This document shows, in pieces, positions 13,306 to 25,639 of a DNA stretch of 64,000 bases. A model generated the notes under the pieces. That model made no database searches. It worked only from the letters and a program-made list of their open reading frames with translations, and was not told the DNA's origin. Position numbers and translations under genes: made by a program. Numbering within the stretch: the stretch's first letter is position 1; each line of letters opens with the position of its first letter. Origin of the DNA: Candidatus Zixiibacteriota bacterium (lineage in GTDB: Bacteria; RBG-13-66-14; B26-G2; WVWN01); the NCBI GenBank assembly GCA_050117845.1, contig JASFLY010000007.1, positions 1 to 64,000 on the forward strand, in the 5' to 3' direction.

Positions 13306-14163
13306 CTACCCCTTACGAGTCCACAAGTACCGGTTACGCCCTGCCAGGTCTTTTTCGACTACCGCTTCCCCCACGCCGGCGAACGTTTCCCGAACGTCCT
13401 CCGCCAAATCTTCCCCGATCTCCATAGCAATAACGCCGCCGCGTTTCAGGCCGGACGACGCCCAATCGGCCAGCGCCGGGTAATATGCCAGGCCGTCGCC
13501 GCCGCCGTCGAGGGCCAGACGCGGGTCCCAGTCGCGGACCTCCGGCGGCAAGGCCGGGATTTCCGACGATTTAATATAGGGGGGATTGGCGGCTATAAGG
13601 TCGGCCGGAGGGAAACGGCGCTTCAACGCCGCGCCTAAGACGTCTCCCTCGGTAACCGCAACGTCGGCGTCGTAGCGGGCCGCGTTCCTACGAATCAGCG
13701 CGGCGGCCGCGGCGTCGGCCTCGACCGCGTAGACGCGAGCGTCGGGCCGCTTCCGGGCCAGGTATACGGCGAGCGGCCCCGCCCCCGCGCAGAGGTCGAT
13801 AACCACCGGCGCGGGAACGTCCTTGATTAACCCCTCCGCGATAACGGCCAGTCCCTCGGTCTCGGGACGTGGGATGAATACGCCGGCCTCGACCTCCAGT
13901 TCGAGGTCGAGGAAAACCGCGGTTCCTATTATAAGTTGGAGGGGTTCGCGTTCGCGACGGCGCCGGACGAACTCGCGCGACGATTCGAGAGCCCCGGCCG
14001 GAACCGAGGAACCCAGGTTCCCGGCGAACTCCCGAGCGGGGAAAGCGCAGGCGTGCGATACGAGGACCCGGGCTTCGGCCGCCGGTGAAGCCAGGCCGGC
14101 TACCGCCAGTTCGGCTTCCACTTCGCGGGCCAAGCCCCTGACGTTTTCGTTAGCCGCTACCAC
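13306..14163 (-). CDS. prmC: Release factor glutamine methyltransferase
   Basis: EPLQ.I.G, FIPRPETE, NPPY, ALDGG.DGL; adjacent to prfA. Confidence 0.95.
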   Translation of the reverse strand: MVAANENVRGLAREVEAELAVAGLASPAAEARVLVSHACAFPAREFAGNLGSSVPAGALESSREFVRRRREREPLQLIIGTAVFLDLELEVEAGVFIPRPETEGLAVIAEGLIKDVPAPVVIDLCAGAGPLAVYLARKRPDARVYAVEADAAAAALIRRNAARYDADVAVTEGDVLGAALKRRFPPADLIAANPPYIKSSEIPALPPEVRDWDPRLALDGGGDGLAYYPALADWASSGLKRGGVIAMEIGEDLAEDVRETFAGVGEAVVEKDLAGRNRYLWTRKG

Positions 14164-14184
14164 TCTCGGCGATCCCCCCGTGAG

Positions 14185-15270
14185 TTACATGTTCTCCGCG
14201 GCCGCGGCCAGCATCTTCTCCCGGTCGGCAGCCGCGAGCGTGTCGACGACTTCGTCCAAATCCCCGTCCAGGATCTCGGCCAGCCTATACAAGGTCAAGC
14301 CAACGCGGTGATCGGTAACGCGCGCCTGCGGGAAATTATAAGTCCGTATCCGTTCCGAACGGTCGCCCGTCCCGACCATGGAGCGCCGTTGGTCCGCCCG
14401 TTCCGCCGCGGCCTCCTGTTGCGCCTGGACCAGTAGTCGGGCCTGGAGAATTTTCATCGCTTTGGCCCGGTTCTTTATCTGTGAGCGTTCGTCCTGGCAA
14501 CTCACTACAATACCGGTCGGCAGGTGGGTAATCCGCACCGCGGAATCGGTGGTGTTTACCCCCTGGCCGCCCGGGCCGGTCGAGCGAAAAACGTCGACGC
14601 GGAGGTCCTCCGCCCCGATATTGACCTCGACCTCGTCGGCCTCGGGTAGGACCGCCACGGTCACCGCGGAGGTATGGATGCGGCCCTGGCTCTCCGTTTC
14701 CGGTACGCGTTGGACGCGGTGGACGCCCGACTCGTATTTTAAGCGGGAATAGGCCCCCTTGCCCTCGACGCCGAATATAATTTCCTTGAAGCCACCGATG
14801 CCGGTCTCGTGGGAATTCATCACGTCGACCCGCCAGCGGGCCCGCTCGGCGTAATGTTGATACATCTTGAAGAGGTCGGCCGCGAACAAGGCCGACTCGT
14901 CGCCGCCGGTCCCCGCGCGTATTTCGACGATGACGCTTCGTTCGTCGTTGGGGTCCTTGGGCAGGAGAAGCAAGCGAAACTCGTTCGACGCCTCCTCGAG
15001 CGAAACGCGCAGTTCCTCCATTTCCGCCCGGGCGAGGTCGCGTATGGCGGGGTCGTCGTCCCCGTCGATAAGCGACTGGGTATTGGTGATTTCGGCCTCG
15101 AGGTCCCGTACCCGTCGGCCGGCCGCCGCCAGGTCCTCAAGTTCGGCCCGGCGGCGCCCCAACTCGGCCAGCCGAACGTGATCGGAAGCGACGTCCGGAT
15201 CGGACAACTTCTCGTTGACCTGGGCCAGCTCGTCCTCGATGGAACTCAACGATTTCAGTAAGTCTACCAC
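14185..15270 (-). CDS. prfA: Peptide chain release factor 1
   Basis: PET tripeptide motif ([15 protein letters not shown]), GGQ motif, RIRTYNFPQ. Confidence 0.97.
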   Translation of the reverse strand: MVDLLKSLSSIEDELAQVNEKLSDPDVASDHVRLAELGRRRAELEDLAAAGRRVRDLEAEITNTQSLIDGDDDPAIRDLARAEMEELRVSLEEASNEFRLLLLPKDPNDERSVIVEIRAGTGGDESALFAADLFKMYQHYAERARWRVDVMNSHETGIGGFKEIIFGVEGKGAYSRLKYESGVHRVQRVPETESQGRIHTSAVTVAVLPEADEVEVNIGAEDLRVDVFRSTGPGGQGVNTTDSAVRITHLPTGIVVSCQDERSQIKNRAKAMKILQARLLVQAQQEAAAERADQRRSMVGTGDRSERIRTYNFPQARVTDHRVGLTLYRLAEILDGDLDEVVDTLAAADREKMLAAAAENM

Positions 15271-15272
15271 GG

Positions 15273-16265
15273 TTATTCCCCGACCTCTCCCCGGGCCCCG
15301 GACGATTCCGCCTCGATGTCCCGGACACGATGGAACGACGCCAGGGCGACCTCAATCATTTCCCCGTCGGGCTCCCGCGTCGTCAAAAATTGCGTGAGGA
15401 GGCCCGGGAGGAGAAAGAAATTTATAATCTTGCTATCGGGGAGACGGCTCCCCAGGCGTATCAATTCGTACGCGACTCCCGCGATGGGGAGGACGAGGGC
15501 CAACCGGGCCAGAAGCTTCGATACGAAATTGAGGTCCGGCGGCAAGAGCGTGAACACCACGGAGTGGATCAGGATAAGGACCAACAGCAGAACGATAATA
15601 AAAGAGGTCCCGCACCGCGGGTGGAAGCGGCTGGCTTCCGGCACCGTATCGGCGGCCGGTTCGTGGCCGTGCTCGAAAGTATTTATTACCTTGTGCTCGG
15701 CGCCGTGGTACCCGAACATCCGCCGGATATCCTTGAAGCTGGATATCACGATAAGATAACCGAAGAACACGGTTATCCGAAGGAAACCTTCGATGAAGTT
15801 GAAAAGGATGGACCCTTCGCCGGTTACGCCGAGAGGCCCCTTCAGGAGATAGGCCGCGCCGTAAGGTATACCGACGAAGATGACGAGGCCGAATATTAAA
15901 GAAAACGCGATGACGCCGGCCATCTCCCAGGATGACGACTTCTTTTTCTTCTCGCCCTCCTTCGGGGGTTCCAATACACTCGCCGAGAAGGTTATGGCCT
16001 TCATCCCCAGGTTCAACGTTTCGATGAGAGTTACGATCCCCCGGATGAACGGCAACCGCCAGGGGAACTTCGTCGCCATGGATATTTCTTCGCGGGCATC
16101 GGTTACGATTTCCCCGGAAGGGTCGCGCACCGCGACGGCGTATGCCCGCGGCGAGCGGAACATGACGCCTTCCAGAACGGCCTGTCCGCCGATGAAAGGC
16201 CGCGAAGCCCGGGCCAGTACCGCCGCGCCGAGGCGTCCGATTAAACGGAATAATCTCTCAGGCAT
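15273..16265 (-). CDS. DUF1385 membrane protein (YqhQ-like)
   Basis: [32 protein letters not shown]; typical neighbour of prfA. Confidence 0.9.
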   Translation of the reverse strand: MPERLFRLIGRLGAAVLARASRPFIGGQAVLEGVMFRSPRAYAVAVRDPSGEIVTDAREEISMATKFPWRLPFIRGIVTLIETLNLGMKAITFSASVLEPPKEGEKKKKSSSWEMAGVIAFSLIFGLVIFVGIPYGAAYLLKGPLGVTGEGSILFNFIEGFLRITVFFGYLIVISSFKDIRRMFGYHGAEHKVINTFEHGHEPAADTVPEASRFHPRCGTSFIIVLLLVLILIHSVVFTLLPPDLNFVSKLLARLALVLPIAGVAYELIRLGSRLPDSKIINFFLLPGLLTQFLTTREPDGEMIEVALASFHRVRDIEAESSGARGEVGE

Positions 16266-16364
16266 AATTGGAAGACCTTTACCTTCCCGCAAAAGCAACG
16301 GCGCACCCCGTTCCGACCCAGGTGCGCCGGACCGGCGCCTCAATCCTTTTCCCGGCACCACGTC

Positions 16365-16393
16365 ACTATATCAAATCCGGCCGCCGATTTAAA
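16365..16393 (-). promoter_or_regulatory. Sigma70-type promoter for DUF1385-prfA-prmC
   Basis: TTTAAA-17 bp-TATAGT with an extended -10 TG. Confidence 0.55.
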
Positions 16394-16410
16394 GCTCGTC
16401 TCGTTCCCAA

Positions 16411-17166
16411 TTACTCCCCGGCGGCCTTGATCGCTTCGATTTTCTTCAGTTCCAGGTCGGCGTCGCCGGAGTAAGGCGAGAGCCGGTGGTAATCCAGTAC
16501 GTAGCGATACAGCTTCGCCGCTTCGTCGTAATTACCGGTATCACGGTAGCACCCGGCGAGGTCCATCGCCACGGGCACGTTGGGGAACTCGTCCCGGTGG
16601 GCCTCGAATATCGCCTTATACCCTTCAATGGCGGCGTCGTACTCGCCCTGGGCCTTATGGCAATCCGCGACGCCCTTGGCCGCGAGGACGGCCGATAATC
16701 CGGACCCATCCCTTTCGACCTGGCCGAAGAGTTCCGCGGCGCCCTTGTAATCCTTCCGCTCGAACCGCAACGACGCCAGCTCGTACTTGGCGGCGCGGCC
16801 GGTGGCGGTATCGCCGAAACGCTCAATCACGTTCTCGAGTTCCGTCGTCGTGAAAGCTGCTAGTTCCTCGGGGTCAATTCTACCCTCTTCCCCGACGTCG
16901 GCCGCTTTTTCCTCGGCGAACTCGGTTATCCGTTCCTGGACGTGAGCATACGCCCGGGCCGCCCGGACTTCGCGGTCGTGCCGGTACCAGAAGTACCCGC
17001 CCACCGCCGCGCCCGCCAGCGCCAAGCCGCCAGCCACAGCGGCGATTATCTTCCACCGTTTAATAATCGGGTCGAAGAACTTTTTAACGCCGGAACGGCC
17101 TTCGGCCTCGGCCGGCTTGCGGGCCCGTTTGAGGATAGGTTTTTCCTTTTTCTTTTTTATCTTCAT
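16411..17166 (-). CDS. Membrane-anchored tetratricopeptide repeat protein (YfgM-like)
   Basis: Single N-terminal transmembrane (TM) segment followed by TPR-like helices (Y..A...Y). Confidence 0.75.
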   Translation of the reverse strand: MKIKKKKEKPILKRARKPAEAEGRSGVKKFFDPIIKRWKIIAAVAGGLALAGAAVGGYFWYRHDREVRAARAYAHVQERITEFAEEKAADVGEEGRIDPEELAAFTTTELENVIERFGDTATGRAAKYELASLRFERKDYKGAAELFGQVERDGSGLSAVLAAKGVADCHKAQGEYDAAIEGYKAIFEAHRDEFPNVPVAMDLAGCYRDTGNYDEAAKLYRYVLDYHRLSPYSGDADLELKKIEAIKAAGE

Positions 17167-17182
17167 ATCCGTACTTCCTGCC

Positions 17183-18670
17183 TTAAAGGCCGTACGAGTG
17201 TAGGCCTCCGAATATCAAATTAGCGAAAAGCGTAAACACCGCGGCGACGAATATAAGAATAGCCAACGCCGCCGTCCGCGTTCCCCGCCACCCCCGGGCC
17301 CGTCGCGCGTGCAAATACGCCGTCGCGATTAGGAAAACCACGAGCGACGCCGTCTCCTTCGGGTCCCAATTCCACCATACCGACCAGGCCTTCTGGGCCC
17401 AAATGGCCCCGGCCACCAAAGCGCCTATCGTGAAGAGCGGATACCCCAGAGCGACCGCCCGATACTCAATATCCTCCAGGCGTTCCTTGGACGGCAGCCG
17501 GCCGCCCGGTTTGTCCGAGCGCACGAGCCGCAGGACCGCCGCAGCGAAGGCCACCGCGAACGCGCCTTCCGCCAGGCACGCCAGCACCACGTGTATGGTT
17601 AACCACCACGATTGGAGCGCGGGGATAAGCTGCGTTTCGATGTCCGACGGGAAAAGCGACGATACGACGATCAATAAAAACGCCACAGGCATCACGATGA
17701 CGCCCAAAAAAGCCCCCCGCGTTTTTACGTAAAACAAAAGGAAGAACAGCACGGCCGTCCACGACAAAAGCACGATGTACTCGTACATGCCCGTCGTGGG
17801 AAGGTGCCCCGCGATTATCGAACGACCCACGAGGCCTACCGTCATAAAAACAAACCCGGCCAGTGCCGCCCACGCCCCGGCGTCCGCGATTCGTCGTTTC
17901 CCCACGGCCCACCACACGAAAAACAGCAGCGCCGAGAGAACGTACAACGCGAAACCGATTTTTAGTACGGCGAACCTGTCGAGGTATTTCTCTAGGCCCA
18001 GCTTGGCAGCCGACGGGTACCCTGGCTGGCTTACGAGCGCGCTGGCGAGAGAGGCCGCGTTGCGGTGCATCTCCGCGGTGTCGCCGGCGGCGTACGCCTG
18101 ATTGATACGCTCAATGTGGGTTCGGGCGGGATTACGCTCCGTAACCGGCTGCCACCCGGCCTCGGGGCTTCCAGGCACGACGAGCAGCTCATCCCACGAG
18201 AGCCTATGCAGGACGCCCGCGCGGCTCACTAGTTCTTTAACGGCGGTTTCGGTCTCGCCGCCGCCGAAGGATCCCGGCGACCCGATTATGACCGGCATCA
18301 AGTCGGTTTCGAACTCTCGGAGCGATATCCACCGGTCGGATTTTACGCCCGGCACGTTGCCGCCCTCGACATAGAGCAGCCGGCCCGTCCGCCTGTATTC
18401 GCCGTCGAGGATGGCGAGCCATATCGCGACGCCGGCGTCGGTACCTAGATCGCTTTCCGACGGGTCGCCGTTCCCGCAGAACAAGCGGTAGCGGTTCGCG
18501 ACGAACGTCGACCACGGCATAACCCGGTCGGCTTTAACGGCCACCGGGCCGAAAGCTCCGTCGAGCCGTGCCTCGGCGACGAGGGCGCGACGGGCTGCGA
18601 AGTCTGGCTCAGCGGCGCCGACGCTCAAGGCCGCCGCCAAAAGCAGAAAGGCCGTTAGTTTATTTCGCAC
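17183..18670 (-). CDS. ccsA: Cytochrome c biogenesis protein CcsA/ResC (system II) with an N-terminal periplasmic extension
   Basis: WWD domain WAQKAWSVWWNWDPKE, PALQSWWLTIHV, YLH, C-terminal GLHSY. Confidence 0.92.
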   Translation of the reverse strand: MRNKLTAFLLLAAALSVGAAEPDFAARRALVAEARLDGAFGPVAVKADRVMPWSTFVANRYRLFCGNGDPSESDLGTDAGVAIWLAILDGEYRRTGRLLYVEGGNVPGVKSDRWISLREFETDLMPVIIGSPGSFGGGETETAVKELVSRAGVLHRLSWDELLVVPGSPEAGWQPVTERNPARTHIERINQAYAAGDTAEMHRNAASLASALVSQPGYPSAAKLGLEKYLDRFAVLKIGFALYVLSALLFFVWWAVGKRRIADAGAWAALAGFVFMTVGLVGRSIIAGHLPTTGMYEYIVLLSWTAVLFFLLFYVKTRGAFLGVIVMPVAFLLIVVSSLFPSDIETQLIPALQSWWLTIHVVLACLAEGAFAVAFAAAVLRLVRSDKPGGRLPSKERLEDIEYRAVALGYPLFTIGALVAGAIWAQKAWSVWWNWDPKETASLVVFLIATAYLHARRARGWRGTRTAALAILIFVAAVFTLFANLIFGGLHSYGL

Positions 18671-20306
18671 GCTTCGCTATTTCCTTTTCTATCTCGGCCG
18701 CGTACTCCTCGAACCAGGGTCGCGTCACGCGGGCGCCCTTGTTCGAACGGCCTGCCACGTACGTTTGGCCGTCGTGTGTGTATATCATCAGTTCTTCGAA
18801 CCGTATGAGTAGAGCGGCAATAACGCCGAGCGACAGCAATAGACAACCGACGTAGAAAAACCAAAGCCCCGGGTCCCGGGCGACGGTGAGACCCGATACG
18901 GCCCCTACTTGAGCGCCCATGAACCTGACGGCGTAAACGTCCCCGCCAACTTCCACGCCCACCCTTTCGCCGAACGGGAATTCGAACTCCCGGGGATCGC
19001 CGCCAGTCGGAGTCAATACGCCCTTAAGAGCACGGCTTCGGAGATCCTCGCCTTCACCCTCCGCCATCGCGACGTGCATAACGGCCCGGCCGCCGGCAAA
19101 CGGAAGATAGGAACCGGACGCGAAAAGGTATTCCCGGCGGCCAGCCCGCCACGGCCCACCGTCTTCCTCGTACAGAACGTAAAAGCGACCGTCGACAAAA
19201 TCGGGTACCGTACCCCGGATAAAGGACTGCTCCGGGTGGAGTTTGAACAGGAGGCCGGTCGCTACGTCCCCCCGTGGATTGGTTACGTGGACGAAGGCCG
19301 TGGGATTGTACTCGGGGCCGCCGTCGCTGAAGCCCTCCTCGGTAGACGTAAACCGCTCCAGGTAACCGAGGTGCCGGAGACGGAAACCGGTTTCCCCCAT
19401 CTCCTTCTCCTCGCCGGGCGCCAACTCGAGTTCGCCAGTGCCGTCGCCGATTTTCCAGGAGAACTTGGCCCGGCCGTAGTCCTCGACCGTAGCGCCCTTC
19501 TTAAGTTCCACCGACTCCAGCATCAGCCCCCTGGCGCCGTCGGCGTTCATATCGGACTGGTAGAGGCCCCAGCCGCCGTAACGCAACGGCCCATTGACCT
19601 CGACGTCCCCCGCAGCCACCTCATCGCCGTATCGGAAGACCCTTACGCCGGTTCGGTATTCCAAGGTTTTCCCGGTATTGGCGTCGACGATTTCGTCCAC
19701 GCTGTCCGCCCGAATCTCGTAACCTTCCCCATACGCCGGGGGTAAAGCGACACCGTAACCGTCAAAAATGTGGATTTCGTCCCGGTGGCCGAAACCCCGC
19801 AGTAAACCGCCTACGAATAGGAGTATCAGGCCGACGTGGGTTAAAATTTCGCCGAAGACCGCTACGGCCCGGCGCCGGCCGTACCACGCGCCGCCGACCT
19901 CGCGCCAGGTGAAAGGAAGGCGTTTTAAAATACCCGTGATATTGTCGTACGCGGCCGCGGGGCCGATCGCCGCCCGGCACTCCGAACGCTCGAAAGCCGC
20001 TAGTGACGGCTTTTTATTTGCGAATAAACGGATTATGGCGGGCGTGCGCCTTATCGTGCAGGTCAATATCGCCAATAATAAGAAAGAGAGTAAACCTACG
20101 AAATACCATGTCCGATATACGTTGGTTAAACCTAATATATTGAAGAGCTTAACCGCCCACGCCTCATAATGCGCCTCATAATAAGCCGGCAGTTCTTTTT
20201 GCGGTATCGCCGCACCCACCAGCGAAATACCGCCGACTATTAACAGTACAATTACTGACACTCGACGCGACGTTAGGAAGTCGTATATTTTCTTGAATAT
20301 TACCAA
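18660..20306 (-). CDS. resB: Cytochrome c biogenesis protein ResB/CcsB
   Basis: G..IPQ, VYRTWYF, conserved His (THVG), VNGPL.Y.G..LYQ, C-terminal DPG + TM. Confidence 0.85.
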   Translation of the reverse strand: MVIFKKIYDFLTSRRVSVIVLLIVGGISLVGAAIPQKELPAYYEAHYEAWAVKLFNILGLTNVYRTWYFVGLLSFLLLAILTCTIRRTPAIIRLFANKKPSLAAFERSECRAAIGPAAAYDNITGILKRLPFTWREVGGAWYGRRRAVAVFGEILTHVGLILLFVGGLLRGFGHRDEIHIFDGYGVALPPAYGEGYEIRADSVDEIVDANTGKTLEYRTGVRVFRYGDEVAAGDVEVNGPLRYGGWGLYQSDMNADGARGLMLESVELKKGATVEDYGRAKFSWKIGDGTGELELAPGEEKEMGETGFRLRHLGYLERFTSTEEGFSDGGPEYNPTAFVHVTNPRGDVATGLLFKLHPEQSFIRGTVPDFVDGRFYVLYEEDGGPWRAGRREYLFASGSYLPFAGGRAVMHVAMAEGEGEDLRSRALKGVLTPTGGDPREFEFPFGERVGVEVGGDVYAVRFMGAQVGAVSGLTVARDPGLWFFYVGCLLLSLGVIAALLIRFEELMIYTHDGQTYVAGRSNKGARVTRPWFEEYAAEIEKEIAKRAK

Positions 20307-20312
20307 GCCGGC

Positions 20313-21326
20313 CTAACTCCTCCTGGCCCAGGTCCAGTCGGCCATCGAACCCAGGATGTCGCGGGCCTCGCCCGCGGGGACGGCTACCAGTGCGTCTTTA
20401 CCCTTAGAGGCGTAGCTCCGGGCCTTCGCCCGGACCTCGTCGAATACACCGGCCCCGGATAGGAGGTCGAGCAACTCGTCCTCCGCGTCCCGGCCGTCCC
20501 ATATGGCCTCTACGGCCGCGGCGATTTCCCGCCCCCCGGACGAGCGCAATCCGTAGATAATAGGGAGTGTAATTTTACCCGAACGTACGTCCGCGAATCC
20601 TTCCTTTCCAAGAGTATTGACGCTTTCCGAAAGGTCGAGACAATCGTCGGTTATCTGGAAGGAGACGCCGGTATTCAGGCCGTAGCTGTTAAACGCCTCA
20701 AGCTCCGTGCCGTCGTATCCCGCCGCCAGCGCGCCCACCTGACACGCCGCCTCCAGGAGCTTCGCGGACTTCAGCGTTATCATGCGGATATATTCTTCCT
20801 CGCTCATATCGAGTCGGCCCTGCCGCCAAATCTCCAGGAATTCCCCGGCGACCATGCGGTTCGTCGTAGCCACAGCGATGGCGAGGAAGTCGCGGTTCTC
20901 GAACTCGGAGGCGAGGTACTGGAAGATGCGTGTCAGGATGTAGTCGCCCCCCAGGATGGAGATTTGATTGCCGAAGCGGCGCCGCGTACTCGGCCGGCCG
21001 CGGCGGGTGGGGGCTTCGTCGATAACGTCGTCGTGGAGGAGAGTCGCCAGGTGTATGCACTCCATACAGGCCGCGAGATCCGCGACCCTCTTCTGGCTAA
21101 CGCCGCCGGAGGCGGCCGCCAGAAGAGTAAGGCGCGGGCGGTAGCGTTTGCCACCCGAACCAGCCGCATAATGCAGAACCTCGGATACGAAGGGCAAGTC
21201 GGTACCGAGTAACTCCGCTATCTTCTCCTCGGTTGACGCCAGACCCTCCGCCAGAAAGCCCTCGGAGTTCTCGAATACCCGGCAGGCATTCTCCATCGTC
21301 TCGTTCTCTTTATCGTTACCCGTCAC
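20313..21326 (-). CDS. Long-chain polyprenyl diphosphate synthase
   Basis: GGKR.RP, first Asp-rich motif HDDVID..RRG with a small Ala at -5, second Asp-rich motif FQITDDCLD. Confidence 0.92.
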   Translation of the reverse strand: MTGNDKENETMENACRVFENSEGFLAEGLASTEEKIAELLGTDLPFVSEVLHYAAGSGGKRYRPRLTLLAAASGGVSQKRVADLAACMECIHLATLLHDDVIDEAPTRRGRPSTRRRFGNQISILGGDYILTRIFQYLASEFENRDFLAIAVATTNRMVAGEFLEIWRQGRLDMSEEEYIRMITLKSAKLLEAACQVGALAAGYDGTELEAFNSYGLNTGVSFQITDDCLDLSESVNTLGKEGFADVRSGKITLPIIYGLRSSGGREIAAAVEAIWDGRDAEDELLDLLSGAGVFDEVRAKARSYASKGKDALVAVPAGEARDILGSMADWTWARRS

Positions 21327-21328
21327 GG

Positions 21329-21607
21329 TTATGCTTCCCCTGTTTTCGACGTAACTTTTTCGGTTATTATAATCACCGATTCGGGGGTTACCTCCATGTA
21401 ACCGGCGCCTATCTCGAAATCCCGCCGGCCCGCGGCCGAATCGACGCTCAACTTGCCTGGCCGGAGCGAAGTAACGAGCGGCGTGTGCCCGGGTAAAACG
21501 CCCAGGTAACCCTCGGTCCCCGGCGCTATCACGGAGGTCACTTCGCCGTGGAATTCCACCGCCTCGGGGGTCACGAGACTAAGGTTTATTTTAGTCGGTA
21601 GGGCTAT
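21329..21607 (-). CDS. atpC: ATP synthase F1 epsilon subunit, short form (N-terminal beta domain only), probable ATA start
   Basis: INLSLVTPE...PGTEGYLGVLPGHTPLVTSL.PG. The conserved first strand lies upstream of the GTG at 21574. Confidence 0.88.
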   Translation of the reverse strand: MALPTKINLSLVTPEAVEFHGEVTSVIAPGTEGYLGVLPGHTPLVTSLRPGKLSVDSAAGRRDFEIGAGYMEVTPESVIIITEKVTSKTGEA

Positions 21608-22433
21608 GGTCGTTTCCTTTCTTTCGGAGTCGGGCCAGGTCGGAACCGAAAGCCAGCCGATTCAGGATCGGCCGCCCGTCCCGGCATATCCCGCATAAAG
21701 CGCCGTATCGCCGCACGTCGTCCCTGCCGGCCAATTCCACTACGGCCGCATCCTCCCCCGCCTCCGCTACTTGTTCCGCCGCCCACAGGCTCGCCGGACA
21801 ACGAGGGTGGCAGAGGAATTCCCAACCCGCCACGTCGCGGCCTCCGGGCCGTACCAAAACGGGCTTACCCGTGGCCCCGAACGACACCGCCATTAAAACC
21901 CGGTCTCCGTCCTCGTCCGCGATGTCGAAGCCGAAGGAACGGAAGAACGGTGCCGGCATATACGCCCAACTTTCGGACGGCTGGTCCCCGCGCCACGCGA
22001 CGGTCGCGACGCCCGTTTCCAATTCCCGGCCGGCCCGCAGAACGGCTCGCATCAACTCCCGCCCCACACCCCGGCTCAAGTACGGCGGGATGACCCACAG
22101 GCAGTCGATGAATATGTATCCCTCTCCCTCCACCGGGTAAAGCGTATTCTCGACGGGAACGTATTCCAGGAGGCCGACCGCGAGGCCGTCGGACAGCAGG
22201 GTCAACTCGTCGCGACCCACGCGCTCCCCCTCGTACTCCACCGTCGCCGGCGGCCGGGGGTCGAGCGCTAGCAGGACCGTAAGCCCTTCGGCCATCGCCT
22301 CCTGCAGCCATTGGCGGCGGCGGCGTTTAATCTCGCGCGTCTTGGCGTCCCGTTCGCGCCCGGCGCAAAAGGCCGCCACGTCGTCGAGCTCGGTCGCCTT
22401 GGCCGGCCGTACTATAAAATTTCGCGGTGCCAT
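21591..22433 (-). CDS. YoaP-like GNAT N-acetyltransferase
   Basis: LLEYVPVE...EGYIFIDCLWV, acetyl-CoA-binding loop SRGVGRELM, FFRSFGF, C-terminal CP-containing domain. Confidence 0.7.
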   Translation of the reverse strand: MAPRNFIVRPAKATELDDVAAFCAGRERDAKTREIKRRRRQWLQEAMAEGLTVLLALDPRPPATVEYEGERVGRDELTLLSDGLAVGLLEYVPVENTLYPVEGEGYIFIDCLWVIPPYLSRGVGRELMRAVLRAGRELETGVATVAWRGDQPSESWAYMPAPFFRSFGFDIADEDGDRVLMAVSFGATGKPVLVRPGGRDVAGWEFLCHPRCPASLWAAEQVAEAGEDAAVVELAGRDDVRRYGALCGICRDGRPILNRLAFGSDLARLRKKGNDHSPTD

Positions 22434-22451
22434 TCCACCGGCGCTTATCTT

Positions 22452-25377
<2,926 letters not shown>

Positions 25378-25389
25378 TCATACCTCTTT

Positions 25390-25605
25390 CTAACGGCCTA
25401 AGTCGCCAGCGCCGACCTCGTTCGTCATCGTTATATGCAGCCCTTCGCCCGGGGCGACGCGGCCACCGTAATGCATCCGGGTGACGAGGTCGACGTTATC
25501 CATTAACTCGGACAACGACCCCCCGACCGCGAAGATATCGTCGCGTTCGGCGGTGGCGTACCATAATTCGCCGTTGCAATATGCCCGGAACCGTACGATC
25601 ATCAC
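25390..25605 (-). CDS. Small HicB-like/DUF1902-like protein
   Basis: W.A......IFAVG.SL.ELM.NV pattern typical of the HicB N-terminal fold; 71 aa. Confidence 0.55.
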   Translation of the reverse strand: MMIVRFRAYCNGELWYATAERDDIFAVGGSLSELMDNVDLVTRMHYGGRVAPGEGLHITMTNEVGAGDLGR

Positions 25606-25639
25606 ACCCTGCCTGGTGCTTCCGGGGTTACGTTTTTAT

